From Pristiophorus japonicus (Eukaryota), in the NCBI RefSeq assembly GCF_044704955.1, contig NW_027251199.1:1-60399 (forward strand): DNA of 60,399 nt, in the 5' to 3' direction. The notes beneath the pieces were generated by a model. It was not told where the DNA came from, did not search any database, and saw only the letters and a program-made list of their open reading frames with translations. How positions within the stretch are numbered: position 1 is the stretch's first letter; every line of letters starts with the position of its first letter. The translations under genes were made by a program, and so were the position numbers. Positions 48,919-58,214 of this stretch are shown piece by piece.

Positions 48919-49155
48919 TGAAGTGGGACATTGCACTGTGCACGCGGGCTTTAAACTAATCAAATTGTGCCAAAGGATATCGCACGAGGGGAAACATGTA
49001 TTTTAAATGTATAAAAGGCTGTTGAAAATTATCAGCGGAACAGAGACTTGGCTACACCCAGAGCAAGACCTTTTCCCCACCGGTGAAAATAAAGACTACT
49101 AAAACTTTCAAACGCAGACCTGGTGTTGAGTGTTTATTTCAAACACTCCATTTCA
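48919..49155 (+). repeat. ERV 5' LTR (U3 internally shorter)
   Basis: TATAAAA, AATAAAGACTA and CCATTTCA end shared with the 3' LTR. Confidence 0.88.
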
Positions 49156-49157
49156 AT

Positions 49158-49175
49158 TGGCCTAGTTGGCAGGAT
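49158..49175 (+). promoter_or_regulatory. Primer binding site, tRNA-Ser
   Basis: TGGCCTAGTTGGCAGGAT is 16/18 to TGGCGTAGTCGGCAGGAT, the complement of the vertebrate tRNA-Ser 3' end as I recall it; lies 2 nt after the LTR. Confidence 0.8.
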
Positions 49176-49529
49176 CTCAAGCTGGTGGCGGACACCGACA
49201 GATGGAAGCCATGACAAAGGCCTGAGTGCGTTTTTAATTATCACGCACATTTAGGACAAGGGCAGAAATCCGTCTGGTGTCAGCTGCCTGAGATATCCGA
49301 ATCTGCAGGTCTGGTCGGGACTTCAAGTAGTCAGTGGAAAATTCCCAGGTAAAACAATTATGGTCCGTTATATAGAAGTGTGTCTGTGTAACGTTGTGAA
49401 TGTTGCAAGTAACGATCTCGGCTCAGGAGAAGCTGGCAGGAGGTGTACCACTAACAACCAAAAAGATTGCAAGTAACGGTCTCACTCATGAGGAGTAAGT
49501 AAGGGACGTACTGCTGATAATGTATAGCC

Positions 49530-49820
49530 ATGGGAAGTGAGAAACTCGAGTGGGGACCAGAGGGGTTTCTGACACGGTACCTAGCAGATAAAAATCAAAA
49601 ACTAATTGAAACAATGATTAAACAAAATTGGAAACCAGATGACCCACCCACGGCACAAAGGAAGTGATGGGAGTCGGAAAAGAAATAAAAGGAGAAAGCC
49701 CTCGTTTTAGTTACTCGCGCATATTATGAATTAAGTAGATGGACTAGACTATTGACTGAGAAAGCGACGAAATAAACCGATAGTAGGTGTGATGGCGATA
49801 GCACTCGTCAGGACAATATA
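49530..49820 (+). pseudogene. Probable gag N-terminal remnant
   Basis: GCCATGG start, MGSEKLEWGPEGFLTRYLADKNQKLIETMIKQNWKPDD.. then stops; preceded by donor-like GGA|GTAAGT at about 49495; followed by a short CR1 fragment at about 49835-49955. Confidence 0.55.
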
Positions 49821-50744
49821 GAAGTGGTGGAGGTTTAGAGAAGATCTCTTCACCCAAAGAGTGGTGGAGGGTCTGGAACTAACTGCCTGAAAGGGTAGTA
49901 GAGGCAGAAACCGTCACCACATTTAAAAGGTAATTGGAGGTGCACTTGGAGTGTATGGAGATCAGAAATTGAAACTGGTTTAAGGAGTAATGGATAGTTA
50001 TGACTCAATAAAAAGGAGATAAGGGAAGATTATGTTTAAGGCATATTCCTTTGTGTGGCTGTGGCTGTGGCTCCTCCCCCTTTTCCATGTGGCTTTGGGA
50101 AGTTTAAGATTGGAATTACTGAGGTTAATTAACCTATTAATAATCAGACTTTTATTATGGCCACAATAAAATTCTGGTTGGTGTAAATTGTGTGGAGTGC
50201 CTTTAGTTCCAAACATAAGGCATTTCACATCAATAATTGGTCAGAATTTTTAAATTCTGTGTAACTGGAGAGAAAAGGATGAAAAGCTATTGTGTACGGA
50301 GTTGTTTTTCTGAATGTTTATTTTAAGTGTAAAATCACAGAGACTTAAACTGGAAAGGCTGTAAGCTGTGGGACGAAAGTTGACATTGATTGATGGTGTC
50401 TGTGTTTGTCGGCTTTCGAAACAAGGGAAGTTAACTCTTTCACAGGCAGCTGTGAACTCTGTTTTAATTCAGTGGGCGATACCTTTTGAATATTGGAAAT
50501 GTTCTTAATTTGAAGAGAATATTTGCTCCTGGGGTAGAAGGAATTTTAGGGCCATGTTACAAATTAACCCCTTGGGCTCTTAAGCAGAATCACCAGAGAT
50601 TCTCTGTTTCTTTTGTTTTAAGTAAGTGACCATCGGGAAGAAGCGATGTTGTTTAAAGGGGTTACTGGATTGTGCCTGAGGGATCAGGAGGGCACACCAC
50701 CGTAACCGACTACATCTGGCCCCGAGTAAATCTCAGGAGTGGGA

Positions 50745-50910
50745 GGTGGCGGGCCAGGTAATGGAACAAAACTATGCCAGGGTGGAAGTTTTGAAATCCG
50801 GTACATGGGACCGTATAATATCGTTGATAAAGGTAGTCCCATGGTACATGCAGGCCGGTTACCTAGGAGAATTAAATGGTTTTATGTTAACCAGATTAAG
50901 TTTTTTCAGT
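50745..50910 (+). pseudogene. Integrase C-terminal GPY/F module remnant
   Basis: GQVMEQNY../GSFEIRYMGPYNIVDKGSPMV..LPRRIKWFYVNQIK fits the G(D)xV..F.P.(Y/W).GP(Y/F).I..Y.V..FH.NQLK pattern. Confidence 0.75.
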
Positions 50911-50944
50911 TCACCAGTAGGTACCAAGACAAGGGGCAACGGTT

Positions 50945-52060
50945 ATGAAAATGAGGAGCTGGATTCATCCTCTCCAGGGGGATGAGGAAGAAGGGGTGCC
51001 TAATGGGATACCCCCACCTAATCAGGTACAGTATGATCCAAATGGAGGTGGATTGAACACGGGAGCTGGAAGAATCTCCTCGGGTCCCAGATCTGGAACC
51101 ACCTCTTATCCATAGACATACCTCGCAAACCCCGCTAATCTCACGAAGTAGTAAGAGACATATCATGAATGGTAGAAGTAGGGATGGCCGAGCCTATTGA
51201 CAAGAATCACAGCAGAAGGCGGTGAGGCCTGATTAATATGTTGCAACTGATTTAATGCTAGATTATAGAAGGGGAACAAATCGTCTTCAACGCAACGGCT
51301 TGAAGTAATGTATGGATCTTGGTTAATGGAACAAGCCGGAGGAAACCTGCAGCATATTGCAGAGGGAAAGCTCTCTTTCTGGATAACTGATTGAGACCCG
51401 AGGGCAATGTCCACTTGTCAACTTACTAAGTCTCTGCACAAAGTCAGAAGGTTGGTACAGGTGTACCCGGCGGCACAAGTGTCATTTACATCATCCGGTT
51501 AAAGATAGTATGGTATTACCCAATCATGCCTGAGAAAATTTAGTAGGATACAATGAACACCGGAAATGTAACCTGGGTGGATGGGAAAAACATGTGTAGC
51601 CCCAGGCAGAATTGGGTGTGCTCTAACTCAGGACATGTTCATTTGCCTCTACAACATGGTAGAACATGCAGCCTCTGCATGCGGGTTTAATTGGGATGGG
51701 ATAACATGTAACTGCACCATGAAGGCAATTGCGAGACAGCATTTTCCCGTACGATCTGTAAAGAGGGAAGGGTGAATATTGTGACAGCACCATACACCGG
51801 GAATGCCAGTACAGTATCAATCTCACTTATCCCATCACGACAGGAAGTTTGTTTTACCCCAATCCAAACTGTGAGCCTTGAGGCACAGGTTTCATTAAGT
51901 ATTTATTTGGGTAGGCAAGCAAATATCACAAAGGAGTTCAAAATGTAACTGCCAAAGGGAAGATATAATGAATTTGGATAGTTAATTGGGCCAATTGAGG
52001 ACCAAGTACAATGGGCATTAAGCAAAATGGGGAAGAGGGTCACAACAGCTAGACGCTGAG
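50945..52060 (+). pseudogene. env-like remnant 1 (no TM seen)
   Basis: MYGSWLMEQAGGNLQHIAEGKLSFWIT (51308-51390); GCALTQDMFIC..ACGF..CNCTM; GEYCDST..QY; VCFTPIQTV. Confidence 0.65.
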
Positions 52061-52079
52061 GTGATACTTACGATACATA

Positions 52080-53310
52080 TGATCGAAATAGTCCGACATT
52101 GAACCACGAGACGATGTATGGTTTTCATGTTATCTATTGTCTAACAACAACCGACACACACTATCGGTAAGCAGCGGGGGTGGCAACTGTTAACACATTT
52201 GTCATAGCCAGTATATACCAAGAAGTTCAAGACTTAGCCCAACGTTTGAGAACCCTTTTACTAAAGAGAAACGATCTGACTTCGCAGTTGTCAGAAACGG
52301 GACGAGGTCGCCAGACAAATGCTGCAAGTCGAGAAAATCCGAGAGCCTCATGCCCAAACTATCAATACGTTAAGTGTGACTAAATGATCTAACCCAAGAA
52401 AGACATAAAGAACTTGTATGTGCAATGTACAGCATGTGATCACTAGGGAACATCCGATACAATGTAAACCAGATGAAACGGAAAAATACCCGATTGGTTA
52501 AATAATGAGCAGTTGTCCAAATGGACTAAGGACGGTATTACCTTCTGCGATGTTCGCAAAACAACACAAGTGTTTTTGTCCCCAAGTAATTGTATCACCA
52601 AAGAGGTGAAGTTGATAGGTATGGTCCTAGCTATCCCACAGATAGAGGAGTGGACCTCTGGACGGTACGGAACATTGGCGAGATACAAGGTCAATCCCGG
52701 GTTTTATTCCACGATATGCCCCCTTATGCAGTAAACAAACAGCCCCCTTTCAGGGAGGGACTGAGGCGGCAGCCCGGGATGATGGGACGTACTGCATACC
52801 TACCAAGGGAAATATGAGTACAAGCATGGTACTGTCATATGTGCGATCCCAGAACCTAATTTTTGTTTTAAGCCCAAAACTGTGGTCCAGATAGGCCATC
52901 GATACCTATTCCCACAAAAGGAGGAACACATAAAGAACATTACTTTGAACAACCCAGAATGCAGTGATGAAATGAAACAATTCGAGATACCAAGTTGGCA
53001 AGACATTCCCCGTCTCGAAAAGCAATTGAAAAAGGACACTGAGAAAGTAAAAGGACATTATTAGATTTTGGAGGATTCCATACAGCATTCGAAGGACATC
53101 GAAGAAACCCTAAAGGACATTCAGTGGTGCGAACATGTATGGAATTGGGGAAATGAATGTGGATATCCATCCATGGATTTGTATAGCTTCTCACGTACTG
53201 GTGGTTATACAGTTAGGGCTAGCAGTGGGATGGGGAATTGGGTTACTTGTGGCATGCAGGACGAAGGAATTATTTAGCTTCACATGCACTAAGCATCCCT
53301 AACCTAGCAC
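52080..53310 (+). pseudogene. env-like remnant 2 (with membrane anchor)
   Basis: SGVATVNTFVIASIYQEVQDLAQRL (fusion-peptide/heptad-like); CAMYSM*SLGNIRYNVNQM/GKIPDWL; GTYCIPT/YEY..CAIPEPNFCFKPKTVVQIG; Trp-rich QWCEHVWNWG; TM HPWICIASHVLVVIQLGLAVGWGIGLLVAC at about 53168-53258. Confidence 0.75.
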
Positions 53311-53402
53311 TGATCACCGCAATTGGGGTGGGATGCATAAGGCAGGTAACATAATACTTTGTATTCTTAGGCTGGGTAGCCAATTAGCAAAAGAGAGGGG
53401 GT

Positions 53403-53895
53403 TTAAATGGGAATCAAGGGGTTAACAATGCAACCTGCAAATTAGCTGCAATGGCTGAGACAGCATGTAAACATAAACCCCAGACTAAAGTAAATCCCCT
53501 GAAATAATGTCTTAAGCGCAAGCAGGAATGTGGTTTGTAAATGGCGTAGTCTAAACAGCAACGGCTTCAAATGTACACACCACAAACTTCAGGCGAATGT
53601 TGAACGTTACGCGTGCTAGGCATAAAAATAGGCGAGTGGCTATGTGACGCGAAAGACGATTAACCAATCAGCCACTGTGCATGCGGGCTTTGAGCGAATC
53701 AAATGGTGCCAAAAGGATTGTGAGGTTGAGCAGGTACCTTTAAGTGTATAAAAAGCTGTTGAAACTTACGCATCGTTGGACAGTGACTTGGCTAGACCCA
53801 TAGCAGGTAATTTTCCCCGCCGGTGCGAATAAAGACTATTTGAACTTTCGAACGTAGACCTGGTGTCTAGTGTTTATTTTAAATACTCCACTTCA
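53403..53895 (+). repeat. ERV 3' LTR (about 493 bp)
   Basis: Follows the PPT; contains CCAAT, TATAAAA, AATAAA; ends CCACTTCA plus TSD. Confidence 0.88.
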
Positions 53896-53967
53896 GTATT
53901 AATGAAATATTAAGTTCTGGTCTTTCATATTTGTCATTTCACCAATGTGAGAGAGCTTGTTGTAAAA

Positions 53968-54310
53968 ACATAGAAACATAGAAAATAGGTGGAGCAGGCC
54001 ATTCGGCCCTTCGAGCCTGCACCGCCATTCAATGAGTTCATGGCTGAACATGCAACTTCAGTACCCCATTCCTGCTTTCTCACCATACCCCTTGATCCCC
54101 CTAATAGTAAGGACTACATTTAACTCCTTTTTGAATATATTTAGTGAATTGGCCTCAACAACTTTCTGTGGCAGAGAATTCCACAGGTTCACCACACTCT
54201 GGGTGAAGAAGTCTCTCCTCATCTCGGTCCTAAATGGCTTACCCCTTATCCTTAGACTGTGACACCTGGTTCTGGACTTCCCCAACATTAATAAGAACAT
54301 AAGAACATAA
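53968..54310 (-). mobile_element. CR1/HE1-type 3' fragment
   Basis: (AAACATAG)n tail; minus ORF KSRTR.HSLRIRGKPFRTEMRR.FFTQ.VVNLWNSLP. Confidence 0.88.
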
Positions 54311-54648
54311 AGATCCCAAGAATTGGGAGTTACTGAGTTGTGACATAAGGTCCACATCTGAACCATCTCCTCAGATGCTGATTTTTTGTCACATTTAACA
54401 GCTTCTAAATCAGTTTACATTTTAAATATTCCAGTGGATAATTGTTACATTGCACCTTTTAAAAGGACAGAAATACTGGAGGAGCTGGGAAGATTGAACA
54501 CCAGCAAAATCAGTGCAAGAGGTCATTGCACTTTGCAAATCTCACAATTATACACTTACGACAGTGACTTATGCAGTGCTGTTACATTTCCTTTTTTTGT
54601 TGAAGCAAAATAAAGCAGATTCAGCACCAACTTATGGAAAAGCAAGAG

Positions 54649-54654
54649 TTTATT
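54649..54654 (-). terminator. Candidate LSM7 polyadenylation signal
   Basis: AATAAA on the minus strand about 750 nt past the stop, followed by T/GT-rich sequence. Confidence 0.5.
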
Positions 54655-55397
54655 GTACAAGGAGGACAATGTTCGTCGTCCACATCCAGCTTCAAAAAAG
54701 AAACAAATCAAATCTCTGAAGAGACTTACATTAAACACGTTTCTATGTAAGACTCCAACATAAGTTTTGGAAATGTTATTCACAAACATATGGAATAACT
54801 ATTCAATACTGGTACTTAAAAAAGAGATAGAGTAAAGTTGCCTGAGAAAATAAAAGGCGACTTCAGAAATATCTAATCAATTTAACACAATCTTAAATAA
54901 ACAATATGAAAAGTATAAAATTGCAGGTTTCTAAATCAGCTGGTTTTTAAAACAAAAATATCTTCCACTAGTGATCATTGCTGGGGGAATTCAGCTGCAG
55001 CTTGAATTGAGTGATTGTTTCCACTGCACGATGATTCCAGTGCCACAGAGAGCTCAGCATGCTCACTGACTCAGCTTCATTCCTAGGATCTGGTTCCATT
55101 GTTACACAGACTGCTGCCATGTCTAAATGCACCACTCCTGGATTACAGGATAGTACAGCCAGCACTGCAATATGCAACTGCTGGATAGTATAGCAACAAG
55201 TTCACAACTGATCTGCACAAGATAAAGAAATGAGTGCAAGCTCCTGCTTGCCACCCAAAACATTCAGCCTATAACTACATTTAGAAACATCCCAGTGCTG
55301 GTGATATTACAAGTCCCCATCATACACATCAGCTTTGGCTAATGGATAAAACCAACTAAATTGGAATCCTGAGAAATAGTGATGAGACATTTTCAGG

Positions 55398-55540
55398 CTA
55401 ACCATCTTGCTGTTGGATGAAAGGATTTGGAATGGCCTCCATCCCATCTTGTGGGCAGATTAGAACAACCGAGGTCCCTCTGCATACAACCAAGCCAAGC
55501 TGGCGTGTGTCTTCAGTCAATTTGTATTGGTCATCTGGAT
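55398..55540 (-). CDS. LSM7: LSM7 exon 4: DPDDQYKLTEDTRQLGLVVCRGTSVVLICPQDGMEAIPNPFIQQQDG*
   Basis: Sm2 motif; near identical to recalled vertebrate LSM7; acceptor TTTCAG|. Confidence 0.97.
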
Positions 55541-56211
55541 CTGAAATTTATTACACTTATGTTAAGTTTGTACAAAATATTTATTAGCCTTTTATCCAGC
55601 TCTGTAACACGAAGCACAACATGCATACTGGACAGGCTGAAAGAGGAAAAATAAACATCTGTATTTCAAATAGGAAATTGTATAACGAAGGAGCACAGCC
55701 CCACCCCAAGCGTTGGCTCCAGCACAGACATTGCCTGGATGCTATCGGCTGGAAAATTAGAGTAAAGCTTTGGATTAGAATCAAGTTCCCTCCATTCTGC
55801 CAAAACGAGCACTGCCAGAATCCAGGCATCCTCAGTAAACCTGCAGATCAGTAGGTATCTGGTTATCTGCATCCAGCTGGTAGCACCTCATTTATAGTGC
55901 CAGGCTGCAAATCTGACTTGCAGCCAGAAACGCACACCTACGCCTACACCCGCACAGAGCTCTGCTCTCAGTTGCTAAGTTTTAAACTTATTGGAAGTGT
56001 CAAGCTCAAGTGATGAGATGGCATCCCCCAAGAGGGTCTCAGGACTCTGCTTTGCGGTCTGGCTAATATCAAATACTACAATTATCAGAAAGTGGAAACC
56101 ACTTTACAACATCACAGGAGCAGAATATACTGCACCCATAAGTAATTTTGTGCTGTAAATTGTCCACAAAGCAGCTGTGTTATAAGACCCAGGATCATTT
56201 TTATGGCTTAC

Positions 56212-56283
56212 CTCTCACGTACTCTATAGTTCCATCCAAAACAAGATTAAGGAGTGGGTCAAACCCTTTCAAAATCCCACTGG
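56212..56283 (-). CDS. LSM7: LSM7 exon 3: ASGILKGFDPLLNLVLDGTIEYVR
   Basis: Sm1 motif G.L.GFD..LNLVL; AACAG| and GAG|GTAAGC; 72 nt. Confidence 0.97.
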
Positions 56284-56998
56284 CTGTTAAGTGGAAAAAA
56301 AAGTTACTTCAACAAACAAATTAACAGCTTTGCAACATAGGCAATACACAGTGGAATTAAGTATGCAGCACACAGGACTCTTGTCACTATCCTTTTCTTT
56401 CCTCTCCCACCCTTCCAATATTAACTTCAGTAATAGTCATCATTGAAGACCAGTACTGAAACAGCAAAGCTTTGATTTCCAGCTAAAGTCATTTTAACTT
56501 ACAACAGAACAGGGTTACTGCACTTCACTACTGGGGGATTGTATGTGTCACCTTACAACTCAAAAAATTAATAACTGTTGAAACTTCTATTTTAACACAT
56601 TCTGCATTTGTTAAACTCAGCCTCCTCATTACCACCAATCTAAAACGTCATGATAATTATGCTGGCCAGCTGCAGCTAAAAAAAACACCAGCAACAGGAA
56701 TTAAATTTAAACAAGTTACTGCTAAAAGGAACGAGATGAAAAATGTAAATAGCTTCACTTTACCGATAACATTGTATTTTGTATCACGGATCTTTCCCCC
56801 AAAATTTCTGGACTCGTCCCATGCTGATCTAAGCAGCCACCATTCTACCCCAACGCCACATGGGGAAGGACTTAAAAGTTCACATTTCAGCGGCTCTTGC
56901 AGCCTCTTGTAAATGTCAAATTGAGTTATATACACATACACACACATTATTATATATGAGAGAGAGAGAGATACAACGCCCAGATAACGAAACAGTAC

Positions 56999-57089
56999 CT
57001 TCTCGTCCACCTTGAAATTTTACACGGATTGTTTTGTCTATGTACTTGGAGAGATCGAGGATACTCTCCTTCTTTTTCTTCTCCTTATC
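56999..57089 (-). CDS. LSM7: LSM7 exon 2: DKEKKKKESILDLSKYIDKTIRVKFQGGRE
   Basis: Matches the LSM7 N-terminus; CCAG| and AAG|GTACTG; 91 nt; exons total 312 nt = 103 aa + stop. Confidence 0.97.
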
Positions 57090-57572
57090 CTGGATTTAAA
57101 GACACAAAAGGAATGTCAGAGTGCAATTCTCACAGCACGAGCTTTTCGGGGCCGCACACATTGGTGCCAGAGCCACCGATAAACCGTGAAACAGCGGTTC
57201 TCTCAAGCTGATCAGACTCAGGATTCCGGCACCGTTAAAGCCGGCCCATGACACTGAAACAGCACAAACCAGCGAGGAAAGAATGTAAACACCCGGGTTC
57301 CAGGCTTTGGTTTCATGGCCCGGAGCCACAATGGGTGACCCGCGAAGATTCGGACAGACAGAGGAAACAAATAAAAGCATTGGGAACAGCGGGGAGTTTA
57401 ATGAGGGCCAGGGGCGGGTTTGCAGTCTCAGCATCCTAAACACAGGCACCGCTCAATGCGCAGAAAGCTCGGGCCTTCACTCCTCGGCTCGGCCCGGCCC
57501 GCCACGCTCGGGCCTTCACTCCCCGGCCCGTTTACTCTCGAACCCATCGCCCAGTCCCTGCCGCGCTCTCAC

Positions 57573-57578
57573 CGCCAT
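57573..57578 (-). CDS. LSM7: LSM7 exon 1 coding part (ATG GCG)
   Basis: GAGATGGCG|GTGAGA in the CpG island; phase 0 joins to give MADKEKKKK. Confidence 0.9.
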
Positions 57579-57874
57579 CTCCGCGCCGACACCCTCTGAC
57601 CTCCGCCCCCGGTGACCTTTAACCCCGGCCGGCAGCCTGAGTTCCGACAGTCGGAGTTTCCTGGCCCCGACCCACCAGCTCTGTTGCGGTGGGTTTTCGG
57701 TCTGTTTAAAAATAAAAATAAAAATCCGGCGCCATTCAACGCCACCGGAGTTCACTGATATTCTTTCCCCCACCCCCGCCGCGCGCGCCCCCATTTTCCG
57801 CATTTGGACTGGTCGGGCCCGTGTATGGGCGCTACCACTGTCCCGGCTGGAGGGGTGCAAACCGCAACTCGAAG

Positions 57875-57922
57875 ATGGCGCTGGGAGCACGGCTGTTGCT
57901 GTTCGCCCTCCACCTCACTCAG
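57875..57922 (+). CDS. SPPL2B: Probable SPPL2B exon 1 (signal peptide MALGARLLLFALHLTQ)
   Basis: AAGATGGCG start, hydrophobic signal peptide ending in Q with phase-0 donor CAG|GTACCG. Human SPPL2B is head-to-head with LSM7 and starts ..LARLLAAFLLLAAQ; identity rests on synteny. Confidence 0.7.
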
Positions 57923-58214
57923 GTACCGGCACCTATTCTCATTCCGCCCACACACCCCGGGCCGCTACCGCCCGCGCAGCGCACCGCACGCCCAATCCAT
58001 CCGCTCCTCGGCCCCGGATTCTCGCCAACCTTCCCCCGCCACAGTCTCCGCTCACCGTCCCTCAGTCTCACCAAATATCCCGTTCGCCCCAGTCAAACCT
58101 GCGCACCTCTGCCCCCTCCCCGTGTCCCCAATCGCACTCCGCCCACACATCCCTCATCTCCCCTAACCCCCGCAGTAGCCTGCCCTTCCCTTTCCCTCTC
58201 TCCCTCCGCCTCGG

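Larger units (their letters stand above)
48919..53895 (+). mobile_element. Degraded, pol-deleted endogenous retrovirus-like provirus with two env-like regions
   Basis: TSD GTATT at 48914-48918 and 53896-53900; element ends TGAAGTGG..CCACTTCA; LTRs 48919-49155 and about 53403-53895; PBS at 49158; PPT AAAAGAGAGGGGG at 53389-53401. Confidence 0.9.
57400..58060. promoter_or_regulatory. Bidirectional CpG-island promoter shared by LSM7 and SPPL2B
   Basis: CpG-dense; divergent ATGs about 296 bp apart; YY1-type (A)AGATGGCG at both starts; GC boxes. Confidence 0.8.

Noticed and set aside
53542-53551. TGGCGTAGTC inside the 3' LTR, matching the start of a tRNA-Ser PBS
   Set aside because: Only 10 nt, not preceded by an LTR end; probably chance
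55800-55872. FTEDAW segment as LSM7 exon 4
   Set aside because: The true exon 4 with a full match is at 55398-55540
57110-57370. Possible telomerase RNA or H/ACA snoRNA in LSM7 intron 1 (CCGCGAAGA motif, minus-strand ACA)
   Set aside because: No CTAACCC template nearby and no convincing two-hairpin fold; the ACA lies in the 3' splice region of the intron
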